NCBI RefSeq assembly: GCF_006345805.1
Contig: NC_043002.1
Span: 18,166,001-18,230,000 of the forward strand
Direction of reading: 5' to 3'
From: Octopus sinensis
Lineage: Eukaryota
DNA: 64,000 nt
Below are positions 53,037-64,000 of the stretch, in pieces. Each line of letters opens with the position of its first letter. Position 1 is the stretch's first letter. The position numbers and the translations under genes are program-made. The notes beneath the pieces were generated by a model. That model had not been told where the DNA came from. It made no database searches and was given only the letters and a program-made list of their open reading frames with translations.

Positions 53037-53750
53037 GAGGCGTTTAGTAACAGACCGTCGTAAGCCCCACAACTTAAAAATCGAGAAAAACGTACTCGGT
53101 TTTGCGACTTTCAGATTGCGATATCTCAGCAAGGAATAAAGCTATGAAGCTGGTTTTGGTCTTAAAATGACCGTCAAGACCTCCTCTAATCATTCCGACT
53201 ATGTAAACCTACTTATGTATGCATCTGAATGGAGCGATGACTGCGTCTTCCTCATTTTTAGAATTTACCGATACTACGATACGGTACATCACATTGCATA
53301 CCTTTGCCATAATACCTAGAAAAAACATACAGAGGTCTCCCAAAAGTATTGTTTGTGTTTTTATAAACCAAGGTAAGTATCTTTAAGAGGTAAGTAAGAC
53401 AGGATAGTAAGGTAATAGCAGATTATCGTTCCGATGGTAACGAGGTATATTAGCAAATGAGTCATAGCACCTCGGAAAACTATACAGGGACCACACCAAA
53501 GTTTTCGAGTGTCTGTGTGTGCTTACGGTGGTGTATTACTAAATTCTCTTGTCCGTGTTTGGGTGAGCGAACGTCGTGTCAATAGCATCGAGGTTCAATT
53601 TTTTTCTGCAGTATTTTCAACCTTATTGCACGCCTCACCGGTTCTTCTTCCCAACTTTTTCGGATTCTAGATGTCGAGACAAAGAAAATGATATACTAAC
53701 CTCGAAAATCGCTGAGGTGGTGCTTACGAATCTCTGTTACTAAACGCCTC
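53037..53750. mobile_element. Non-autonomous DNA transposon with GAG..CTC termini and ATAT TSD (Sola-like)
   Basis: ATAT|GAGGCGTTTAGTAACAGA ... TCTGTTACTAAACGCCTC|ATAT: 18-bp perfect TIR with imperfect extension. Confidence 0.8.
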
Positions 53751-54929
53751 ATATGCACCAGGTATGCTTTGATAAACCTGGGGTTCCGGCCTATGGTTGA
53801 AAAGTATCAGATAGGATATTCCGGGTGTACACAGAGAAAAACAGCCTTATGTGTTTTTAGCGCCTATGGGCCGGTCCAAAGCCGCGTTACGTTAAATTGT
53901 ACGTTGTTGGTATAGTCTAGGGTATCCGACAAATAACCAAATGAATACTAACAGATGATGAATAATTGTCAGCTCATTACAGTTGTTACCTACGCATTTT
54001 TTAACAGAGAATAACATTACTTGGTTACAAAAAACCGTAATCATCAGATAGAACATAATTTAACAAACAAGAGAATATCCCAAGAATACAGCAGAGATGA
54101 GGCTGAAGTCTGTCGAGGCTAACAACAAAATTGGCCGTTGTGGGCATTAGGGGATGGCGTTAGGTTAAGAATATAGTTTTTGAAAGGAAGTAATATGATA
54201 TTTTAGGTCAATGACTTGGGTGAGATAGAGGTCAGCTAGACTTGTCCTTTGATGGGCTAGAGGTGGTGTGTAGGTGATATTTTAGGCTTAGAGAAGTGGG
54301 TAGCTGGGAGAGGACCGAAGATAGAGTAAGGGTAAAGAATAAAGAAAGTTAAAAATAAAAGTGAAGAAAATCATAAGGTCAATTAGGTATAGGGTGTGAG
54401 TTTAGCGCATCCTAAACCCCGACCCTAAGCTTAAGTTTATTAAAAATTCTGTTGGAAAATGTCTTTTATTGTCTTCTGGAAAATGTTTAATCCATGCCGA
54501 ATAAAACAATTTTGGTAGATTTGAAATTACTTGTTTGTGACTGCATGCATGTTTGAATTTGTGTCCCTTTCACTTGATATCATGAGATGGTTTTAAAGAC
54601 GCACCACTGTCGTACAGGGGATGGCACTCGCGTCTAGTTTTAATTATATAATATATCTAAGCGTGGAGAAATATTAGCACGCTTGGAAGCAGTTGAATAT
54701 TGGTGACAAGAATGGTATCTAACCATAGAAAAATCTCAATGAATTCATTATGATCCATGCAAATTTGGAATAGTCATCGTTATATTATTAATACACACAC
54801 GTGCATATATATATATATATGTACACACACACATATATATATATATACACACACATATATATATATTTATATACACATATATATATGTATGTATGTATGT
54901 AGGTATGTATGTATGTAAGCGAGAGATGG

Positions 54930-55043
54930 CATATTATGATATTGTATTATATTATATATTATATTATATTATATTGTATTATATTATATTATATTATATT
55001 ATATTATATTATATTATATTATATTATATTAAATTATATTATA
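54930..55043. repeat. (ATATT)n pentanucleotide array
   Basis: Direct sequence. Confidence 0.9.
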
Positions 55044-55752
55044 TTTGAAGCTCAACTTTGACGGGCTGTTACGCCCCATTTCTGGTCTTTGGATAATGTT
55101 ATTAATGGCACATAACAATGATATTTGCAAGATATACAACGAGTATGTTTGAATAACTAAAGATGTCTGCATTTGATAAATTTGAAACGAAAGGATTGTC
55201 ACTTCCAAATAATTTTCGCAAAAATCATTTTCTCTAATCGCTCTAAGATCAGTTTGTGCAACTTCAGTTTCCACTGCAGTCAGACACTACTTATTAATAC
55301 TGTGTCCAGAGAGCGCTAGCTAGGCTAATTCATATAACCCAAGCCGATTCATGTGAAGTAAAATCGTTGGACTCTTGCGATGTAAAGAAGGCTGCTCGTT
55401 CTTAGCTTCTAGTTTTCAAGAGTAAGTAGTCGAAGTAGCTTATGGAATTTCATGGCTAGTGATTTTTGTGCGTGACTCTTCATGCGTCTGGCAATTATTA
55501 TTATATCTTTCTCGCAAAATAATAAGCAAACAGCAGGTATAGTATTCAAAATCCGAAATATTACAGTTGTAGACTCAATATACAATCAGTAGCGTCCGCA
55601 AAAATTACAATTATCAAGGTTAAATCTCCAAGTACATACATTTTCCTACATGTAAATTATCATCCACAAGCTCACATGTCAGGAGACAGACAAAACACTT
55701 TTTTCGAGGATGTCCGAACAATATCTTCTCTCTCAAAGCTAAATGTGCAATC

Positions 55753-55783
<31 letters not shown>

Positions 55784-55797
55784 GATAGAGGGTACGA

Positions 55798-55837
<40 letters not shown>

Positions 55838-56430
55838 AACTGAAGAACTTATATGTATATTTTTTTCCCGCTGAATGTGCTTTTGTCGATAACAGTTTCA
55901 TGAACTATCGAACTGTGGCAATGCAGGATCAGTCACATCTACTTAGGTTACAGGATCTACGCGGGATATAATATGGATTACAGTTGGCTTCCACTGGCCT
56001 CTTCACATGCTAGGCCACTGGTTACTCTGACATTATTAATTATTGACATTTTTTCTGTAAATGTTTCGAAATAATGCCGGTGTTATTTTTTTGCTGCCAA
56101 CAAAAAAAACTGTGCTCGCGCGGTGGATTTGAAAAATTATAAAGTATAAGCATGAGGCACATACTGGATTGCCTCGTACTTATATCTTTAATCTAGGCGT
56201 ACCTGTTGATGAAAACTTCGCCTAGCAAATTATCTTATTTGTCAAGTCAGAAACCATGGTCCAGGAGATAGAGGGTAAATGATTTTAGTTTTCATTCCCT
56301 TCGAAATTTTAATCCCTAATAGTAGTTTGGACTTTGGCTGTTCCTTCTAGCGTGCCAGGATTCCTATGACGGATACCTCTTACGTGTTCAAATGTACAAT
56401 GTATGTATATATATATAATATATATATATA

Positions 56431-56531
<101 letters not shown>

Positions 56532-56593
56532 TGTGTTCCTGTGTAGATGTTGGTGAGTATCAATATGTATGCGTGTATGTGTATTCAAATGTA

Positions 56594-56642
<49 letters not shown>

Positions 56643-57236
56643 ATATATAAGTGCCTATGTGCATATATACGTGTTCGTGTGTATATGTTTATGTAGGTGT
56701 ATGTGTTTATATATGTGTCTGCATGTGCGTGCTCGTACGTGTATATTGTATGGCTGTTATGTACTAGAGGCATATTTCTAGCTTAATAATCGGTTAGAAA
56801 TACGCATCGCTTACTTGATTTCTGTCTCGCGACTGTCAATATTTCTTTCCCCTTTTTAGCTTGTTCTATTATTTTTGTTATTGTTTCATAAGATCTTCGT
56901 TCCCCACCTTTCTATGGTTGGACACATTTACATTCAAGAGAGAAGGCATTGTTCTGCCATCCTTCATATGATGCTTTGTCTATCTCCTGCTATTTTGTGT
57001 GACAAGCGAGGTTACTGATAATTTGCTGAGAAGAAATAGCGTATGTTTTGGAGCCATTAACATAGAGTAGTGTATTTATTGTAGGATACTGATGACGTAA
57101 AGTGCATAACATAACATTTCCTCTACAAGAAATACATCGGCATTTTGCCTCATACCCGTTTTCTGCTTGTTGCACACACAAAAACACACACACAAACACA
57201 CAAACACACACACACACACCACACACACACACACAC

Positions 57237-57315
<79 letters not shown>

Positions 57316-57454
57316 TAATGTCTGTTTTTATGTTCAGTTAAAATATAAAATAGCAGTAACGTCGGTTCCCATGGAACAGCCATGTCCGAGTGGCGATACA
57401 CATAACTTTTATGATATAAACGATTTTACACGAATCTGAAAGAGTACAAATATA

Positions 57455-58172
57455 TTATATGTTAACAAGAATAGTATTGATGGCGACCTCGAAGTCTCGG
57501 GCAGCTAAGCTGTGAGGCATTGGAATTAATCTTGACATAACATAGTCTCTCTTGAGATAAAAACAAATTTTTTTTCTCATGTAAGTGGAGTTCTGTTGAC
57601 TAATAGTTAGGTTATAGGGAAGTTTGTAATGTAGAGATGATATGCAAAATACTTTATTGATTAAATTTAGAACTATGTTATTGTTCACAGTTTATTCATG
57701 GCAGTACAAGGTTGTTAACAGCTATGTATATTTAGGTGTGTCATCTTCAGGTCATGGTGTTGATTTTAAGGGGGTCAAAACATGACATGATGTGGATAGG
57801 AAGGAGTTATTTGGTTAGCGGATATGTTGCAAGTTTTAGTTATTGTTGACTTTATTGGATTTAATCCTTTGTTTTGAAAATATAGGTGTCAGAGTTCAAA
57901 GTTTTAATCCAGCTTTTAAATATATACACCTGCATTACTAAGTTCTGAACAATAGCAGTTTCATAACCAATCAATATAGAATTTTGCTATGAAACCTCTC
58001 AATCACAACCTACTCTACAGCGTAATTAATATGCAATAGAACTCCACCTACCCGAGGAGAAAACCTTATCTCAACAGAGATTATATAAAGACAAGAGTAG
58101 CTCAAATGTATCACAGTCCGATGATAGCTTAACTAGCTGAAACTTCAAAGTTACTGTCAATACTGTTGTAGG
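57455..58172. mobile_element. Diverged Penelope-type inverted pair (arms ~57460-57640 / ~57990-58172)
   Basis: agtattga..gaagt..taagct..ttgagataa..gtggagttct recurs as a reverse complement; hammerhead fold in the right arm; (TA)n flank. Confidence 0.55.
58113..58157 (+). ncRNA. Putative type I hammerhead ribozyme (C4 core variant)
   Basis: ACAGT-CCGATGA-T-AGCT-taact-AGCT-GAAA-CTT-ca-AAG-T-T-ACTGT; all three stems fully Watson-Crick; GUU triplet at 58150-58152. Confidence 0.68.
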
Positions 58173-58201
58173 AATATATATATATACATATATATATATA
58201 A

Positions 58202-58245
<44 letters not shown>

Positions 58246-58301
58246 CTCTTTTACTCGTTTTAGCCATGCGGGTGCGGTCATACTGTTACACCATCGTATA
58301 T

Positions 58302-58368
<67 letters not shown>

Positions 58369-58375
58369 GTATGTA

Positions 58376-58411
<36 letters not shown>

Positions 58412-58521
58412 ATGAATGAAGTGGACACAAAGATTGATAGACAGATATAAGCAGATAGATATGCTTTATCTTTAATTAAGAGTGATTAAGAAAATTAACA
58501 TTATATTAAATAATTCGTCTA

Positions 58522-58568
<47 letters not shown>

Positions 58569-59002
58569 GCGTGTATGTATAAACACAACCGTATACGGTT
58601 ACACACAGACCCACGCATATAAGTACATGTGCTATGGTAGGGATTCTCGTGCGTATCATCGTAACGATACGTTCCCACCTTAAAAGTATAAGTTGATGTG
58701 TTTGTGTATGCGTGTATGTGTGTGCGCGCGTACGTGTATGTGTGTGTGTTTGTGTGTGTTATTATCGATACGTTTTCGGTCGTAATTTTGATGTTAGTGT
58801 TATTTTGCAAAGATTTCTTCTTCATGAACATTAAATTAGTAATAAAATACAGGAATTTATAGAAATTTCATTTCTTGAGGACATTATTGCTTAAAAAAGA
58901 TTTTCTAAAACATACACCTACACACACCCTCTGCACACATAACGCATAAACACACATATATGCGCAAATATACTCTACGCTCATGGATAAGTATATGTAT
59001 GC

Positions 59003-59053
<51 letters not shown>

Positions 59054-59170
59054 GAGGTACATGTATATACATATATATACATATATATACACACACATAC
59101 ACATGTATATGAATACATATATATATATGTGTGTGTTTATACGTATGTATTTATGTATGTATATACCTAA

Positions 59171-59204
<34 letters not shown>

Positions 59205-59860
59205 CAATACACCCTGCAAAAAGAGGTACCTGAGGAGTATTTTATTTCATTATTTCTGTTGACATTTAATATTCATATATGCATCTAAAAAGCAAAATTC
59301 CTAGAACAAATTAGAACTAGGAAGCTGGGTATACTTGTTTTAAATAAATTTCCATATATATTTGCCATGAAGAGAGAGAAAAAAAACGTGGGATACTTCT
59401 TGAAGCAAAAAGAATTGGCACCCAAATTGGTAATGTGGCACTCATATGTGGCAACACTTTTAATTCAAGTTTGTTATAAAATTGCCCTAAGTTCGTTTCC
59501 GGTCATACACAAAGTAAAATGAAGTTGGAGCCTACTGAGACAACAAACTTTCTGATGTTTGCCTAGACAATGTATAGTTTTTGTACTTCCATCAGCTATT
59601 TTCCCTGCACAACTCTGAGCAGTTTAAGATTGTCCATTATAAATAGAGTATAAAGATACATACATATACATACATACATTCGTACATACATACATACATA
59701 CATACATACATACATACATACATACATACATACATACATACATACATACGTATATACATGTCTGTGTGTTGGTGTGTCCACGTTCCGTAACTAAGCGTTT
59801 CGTCAAAAGGAACCAGGCTTAAAAAGTACTCGGTTCGATTTATTCGATTAAACCCCTCAA

Positions 59861-60045
<185 letters not shown>

Positions 60046-60046
60046 T

Positions 60047-61335
60047 GTTTCTTTATTGGCCACACAGAGCTGAACACAGAGGGGACAAAATACAAAAAAG
60101 GTGGGTAGATTTTTCTATCAATATGCATCGTAGAGAGAAGAAATGGCCGATCAATAGGGATCGTGTATCACAGAAATGTCATAATTATAAAAGGGGAAAT
60201 AGATAAGGTTTATCCGTGGAAAGAAAAGCCTACGGAAGAGAGGACGGTAACCTCGGGCAATAATGTCATGCAAAAAACTACATTACAGTAAGTGACTCTT
60301 TTTTCCTTTTATTTTTGGTTCATAGGATTATACTCAAGCTGGCACCGACATTCACACGTGCCATCCTTGCTACATTCACCCATCTTTTTTTGAAACATTC
60401 ACTAGAAAAACTTCCCTCTCTACTCTCACCTTCTTCTTCAAGTGATACTTGAAGAAGTTGATGAGAGATTGACCAGAGAGGAGAGTGTTTGTTTCTAGAC
60501 CTTTCAGACGCGTCAACCAGATACATTCTTTCGACATAGGCCCACAGGTCGGAAATGGTTAGACACTGCACGAGTGCGTGCAGAACAGTTTCATCGCTCT
60601 GACCGCATCTCGGGCAGGTCGGCCCGGTGTTTCTCAAGCCGTGCCTGTAGACCTAGCTCATGGTGTCCGGTGTCACTTATGGCTATGATTCCTAAATCGT
60701 GTTATTTTATGTCATTTAAAAAGCATCCTTGTTTCCAAGGGGACCTCAAGCCACGCGCATTCACACAACCAATATCGATCATGATCCGATTGGGTTGTGC
60801 GCTTTAAAACAAAATCGAAAGGAGTTATTTACCGTTCGAAAGTTTTGTCTCCTCCTTTGATTTTTTTCATCAAGGAGGCTGTTGTAAAGATTTTTCGATA
60901 GGTATTCATGATTTCCCCATTGGGGTAGAGGGATTTTAGTGTGTGGTGCAATGTTGGTGTGATATGGTAAATTTTGATGTGTTCTGGTGGTGTTGTGTAT
61001 GGGTGGTTGCTCGTTTTGACGTCATTTTCTGTAATGTTTGTTTTCGAGTTGATGTTTTTCATTAACACTGTGTTGTTAGTGTTTATGGCTGTGAGCATGG
61101 TTTTCGTGGTGTTGCTGTTGTTTTTATTAGAGCTGGAAATGTCTTCGGCAGTTGTGCATCTCCCTGCTTTGTTGGTGTTTGCCTTTCTTATTTTTTGATC
61201 CTCTTCCTCCTTCATTTTCTGGATATTTGCCATTCCTCGCGACTTTCGTCTTCCGACGAAAGTTCTAAAGAATCGGAAGCAAGTAAGGGCATGTTTTAAG
61301 CGTCTGTGTGGACTATAAATGTTCGAAAAATGATT
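60047..61335 (-). mobile_element. Internally deleted Tx1/L1-clade non-LTR element retaining both ends
   Basis: ORF1-like start at 61292 (MPLLASDSLELSSEDESREEW); ORF2 start at 60782 (MIDIGCVNARGLRSPWK, APE) joined at ~60660 to the zinc knuckle CPRCGQSDETVLHALVQC; C-terminus KKRWVNVARM; 3' UTR ending AATAAAGAAA. Confidence 0.8.
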
Positions 61336-61339
61336 AGTC

Positions 61340-61460
<121 letters not shown>

Positions 61461-61839
61461 CCTAAGATATGGAATGCGTAGGAGATTGAATCTTAACAGA
61501 AACAATACCGGACATATTTCTTTCAAAGTGAGATTTTATTAGCGAAACCATTTCAGAATGTGATTGCCAGGCTTTCGAAGATTAGAGAAAAAGATGTTTC
61601 CGTCTATGAACAATGAAAATAATTATAAAATCACAGCTTGTCGAGGAAAAATAATCATGAGCGGAATCTCCATAAAAATTCATTAACAACATTAATCCCT
61701 GTATACGTGAGGCGGGAAGTAAAATCACAAATAATAATTATTTAAAACTAAAACTTTTATACTTCTAAATGACTAGTTTTGATCGAAGAGCTAGAGGACA
61801 ACGGTCCTGAAATTTGATCTTTTTTTTAATTAATGAGAC

Positions 61840-62518
61840 ATGAAATTTGTAGGAGAGTGAGCTTGATGTCTCAATATGTTGAGAACTCAGGGAATTAATA
61901 AAAATGAGGACAAAACTATGCAGTTAAATGCTGGAAAATTCCAAGCCCTGCACTACTACCATACGAAGCTGAATGAAAAGCAAACAGGATAGACTGGACC
62001 AGCAGGGAATGCAATCCCTGTATGTGAGTGATGAAGCATCTTTTCAGATACATATTACTAAGTTAGCAATGAAATACAGACAGGGGCCTAGATAGATCCT
62101 TAGAAGTTTCAGATCGAGTGAAGAGAAAACCGCTATTGTCCACTGGGGGTCATTTGTCCTCAGGAGCTTATATTACTGTTCCCAACTATAGTGCCACACA
62201 GTATAAAGTTAATGAATGACGTGAAGCAATTAAGCATAGCTACACAAAGAATATCGTCTCAATTCGACAGGTCACGTATTGGGAAAGGCTGAAAACGTTA
62301 AGACTCTTCTCTATAGAACGAAGGCGCAGGAAATACAATCAATGTTACGCAGCAGGAGTGGCTGTGTGGTAAGTAGCTTGCTTACCAACCACATGGTTCT
62401 GGGTTCATTCCCACTGCGTGGCACCTTGGGCAAGTGTCTTCTACTATAGCCTCGGGCCGACCAAAGCCTTGTGAGTGGATTTGGTAGACGGAAACTGAAA
62501 GAAGCCTGTGTATATATG

Positions 62519-62557
<39 letters not shown>

Positions 62558-63120
62558 TTGTGTGTCTGTGTTTGTCCCTCTAGCATTGCTTGACAACCGA
62601 TGCTGGTGTGTTTATGTCCCCGTTACTTAGCGGTTCGGCAAAAGAGACCGAGAGAATAAGTACTGGGCTTACAAAAGAATAAGTCCCGGGGTCGAGTTTC
62701 TCGATTAAAGGCGGTGCTCCATCATGGCCGCAGTCAAATGACTGAAACAAGTAAAAAGAAAAAAGAAAAAAAAATATGGAAAATCCTAGGACTTGTAATA
62801 AATAATGGCATGAAGGTTATACAAACACCTGAATGAGGCGCCACTGCAGAGTGCCAAAGAGCCAAACGTCACTCTCAAGAAACGGGAAAATACTGCAGAA
62901 GCTTGAGTTTCAAGTGTCAACAGCTTTGGAATATCTTTCAGAAGTGCCTGAGAGTCCTACATGGGGGGGGGGGATTTAGATGTCTTCAAAACAAAACTGG
63001 ATCTCTAGCTGTAAAGATTCCTGGATAAACCTATCTCACAACTGGAAATGCAAGTGAAGATCCATACCAAACTCACTAATTCACCAACTGTCACTTATCA
63101 AAAAACTAATAGCGTTACCG
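61840..63120 (+). mobile_element. CR1-clade LINE 3' part, interrupted by a SINE A
   Basis: MQLNAGKFQALHY; YYCSQL; YWERLKTLRLFSIERRRRKY; WKIL; DVFKTKLD are CR1 ORF2 C-terminal motifs. Confidence 0.82.
62352..62773 (+). mobile_element. SINE family A, young full-length copy inside the CR1
   Basis: Near-identical to 23046-23440. Confidence 0.92.
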
Positions 63121-63170
63121 TAGCTCTCGAGATGAAACTAGGAAAAGAATAAGAAGATATAATATAATAT

Positions 63171-63460
63171 TGTTTGTTCCTGCTCAAGCCATGCCTGGCT
63201 CATTAGGGCCGGTTTCCTGGTTTCCTTGGCGTATAGGTTGCCCACCTGGACGCTGGTCCGTCACAGGTGTGCGGCAAGATGAAAGAGTGAGAGAAAGTTG
63301 TGGCGAAAGAGTCAGCAGAAGTTCGCCATTACTTTCTGCCAGAGCCGCGTGGAGCTTACGTGTTTCGCTCATAAACACACAGAACGCCCAGTCTGAGATT
63401 CGAACCCGTGATCCTTCGACGCGAGTCCGCTGCTCTAACCACTAGGCCATGTGCTTCCGC
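63171..63460 (-). mobile_element. SINE family C, full length
   Basis: Reverse complement of the 5022 copy; TSD TATAATATAATAT (63158-63170 / 63461-63473). Confidence 0.9.
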
Positions 63461-63869
63461 TATAATATAATATTATATATATATATATATATGGGGGGGA
63501 GGGTGTAACATATATATATATATATATAAATAAATAAATAAGTAAATATAATATATAATATGTATATATGTAAATATATATATGTATATTTAAAATTTAA
63601 ACAATTAGAGTAAAAATTGATATTAATTAGATTAATATCAATTTAAACCAGTGGCCTAGCATATTAAAAAAAATCTGAAGATTCATGCTAAATGTAGACC
63701 CCATATGGTCTGACCACTAAGAAAAATTGTTCTCAAGAAAATTCGGCAAAACGCCAGAACGTAAAGCGAGCAGGACAAATGAAAAGATACAAAATAAAGT
63801 GATTAGTCACATACCATTGTTTCATTGTTACCATTTACATTACGTAAATGTCTGCAAATCTTGGGGCCT

Positions 63870-64000
63870 AGCCGTATTTCGTCTGCCGTTACGTTCTGAG
63901 TTCAAATTCCGCCGAGATCGACTTTGCCTTTCATCCTTTCGAGGTCGATAACTTAAGTACCAGTTACGCACTGGGGTCGATATAATCAACGTCATCCGTT
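63870..64000 (+). mobile_element. SINE family B, partial (runs off the window)
   Basis: gtatttcgtctgccgttacgttctgagttcaaattccgccgag. Confidence 0.85.

Noticed and set aside
54015-54060. Minus-strand CTGATGA followed by a TTAC/GTAA stem in a possible Penelope 3' fragment (53780-54500)
   Set aside because: GAAA and stem III are absent, and the element assignment is too weak to list.
61246-61264. Hairpin actttcgtc-ttcc-gacgaaagt
   Set aside because: Lies within the Tx1 ORF1 start; not a terminator in a eukaryotic context and no independent support for function.

Overview
AT-rich, repeat-dominated animal genomic DNA with one 100-N gap (17431-17530). I could not support any intact host protein-coding gene, so the window is probably intronic or intergenic. 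The tRNA-derived SINE families and dense (TA)n/(CA)n/(GATA)n arrays resemble an octopus (coleoid cephalopod) genome; this is an inference. Almost every long ORF in the track is a microsatellite read-through. Recognisable content: three SINE families (~30 copies), one further dispersed repeat, Tc1/mariner fragments and MITEs, non-autonomous Helitrons, a Sola-like element, RTE, CR1 and L2 LINE fragments, two internally deleted Tx1/L1-like elements, and a Penelope-like (RT thumb + GIY-YIG) element that forms a 2.4-kb palindrome. The most interesting signal is a set of unrelated short Penelope-type elements, mostly embedded in (TA)n and often fold-backs, that carry minimal type I hammerhead-ribozyme folds. 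Their catalytic cores differ and co-vary at the 3-8 tertiary pair (C3-G8, U3-A8, G3-C8). A second theme is a (GATA)n-embedded mini-Tx1 whose 3' end is shared with one SINE subfamily. All alignments and folds were done by eye; boundaries are approximate unless TSDs or TIRs are given.
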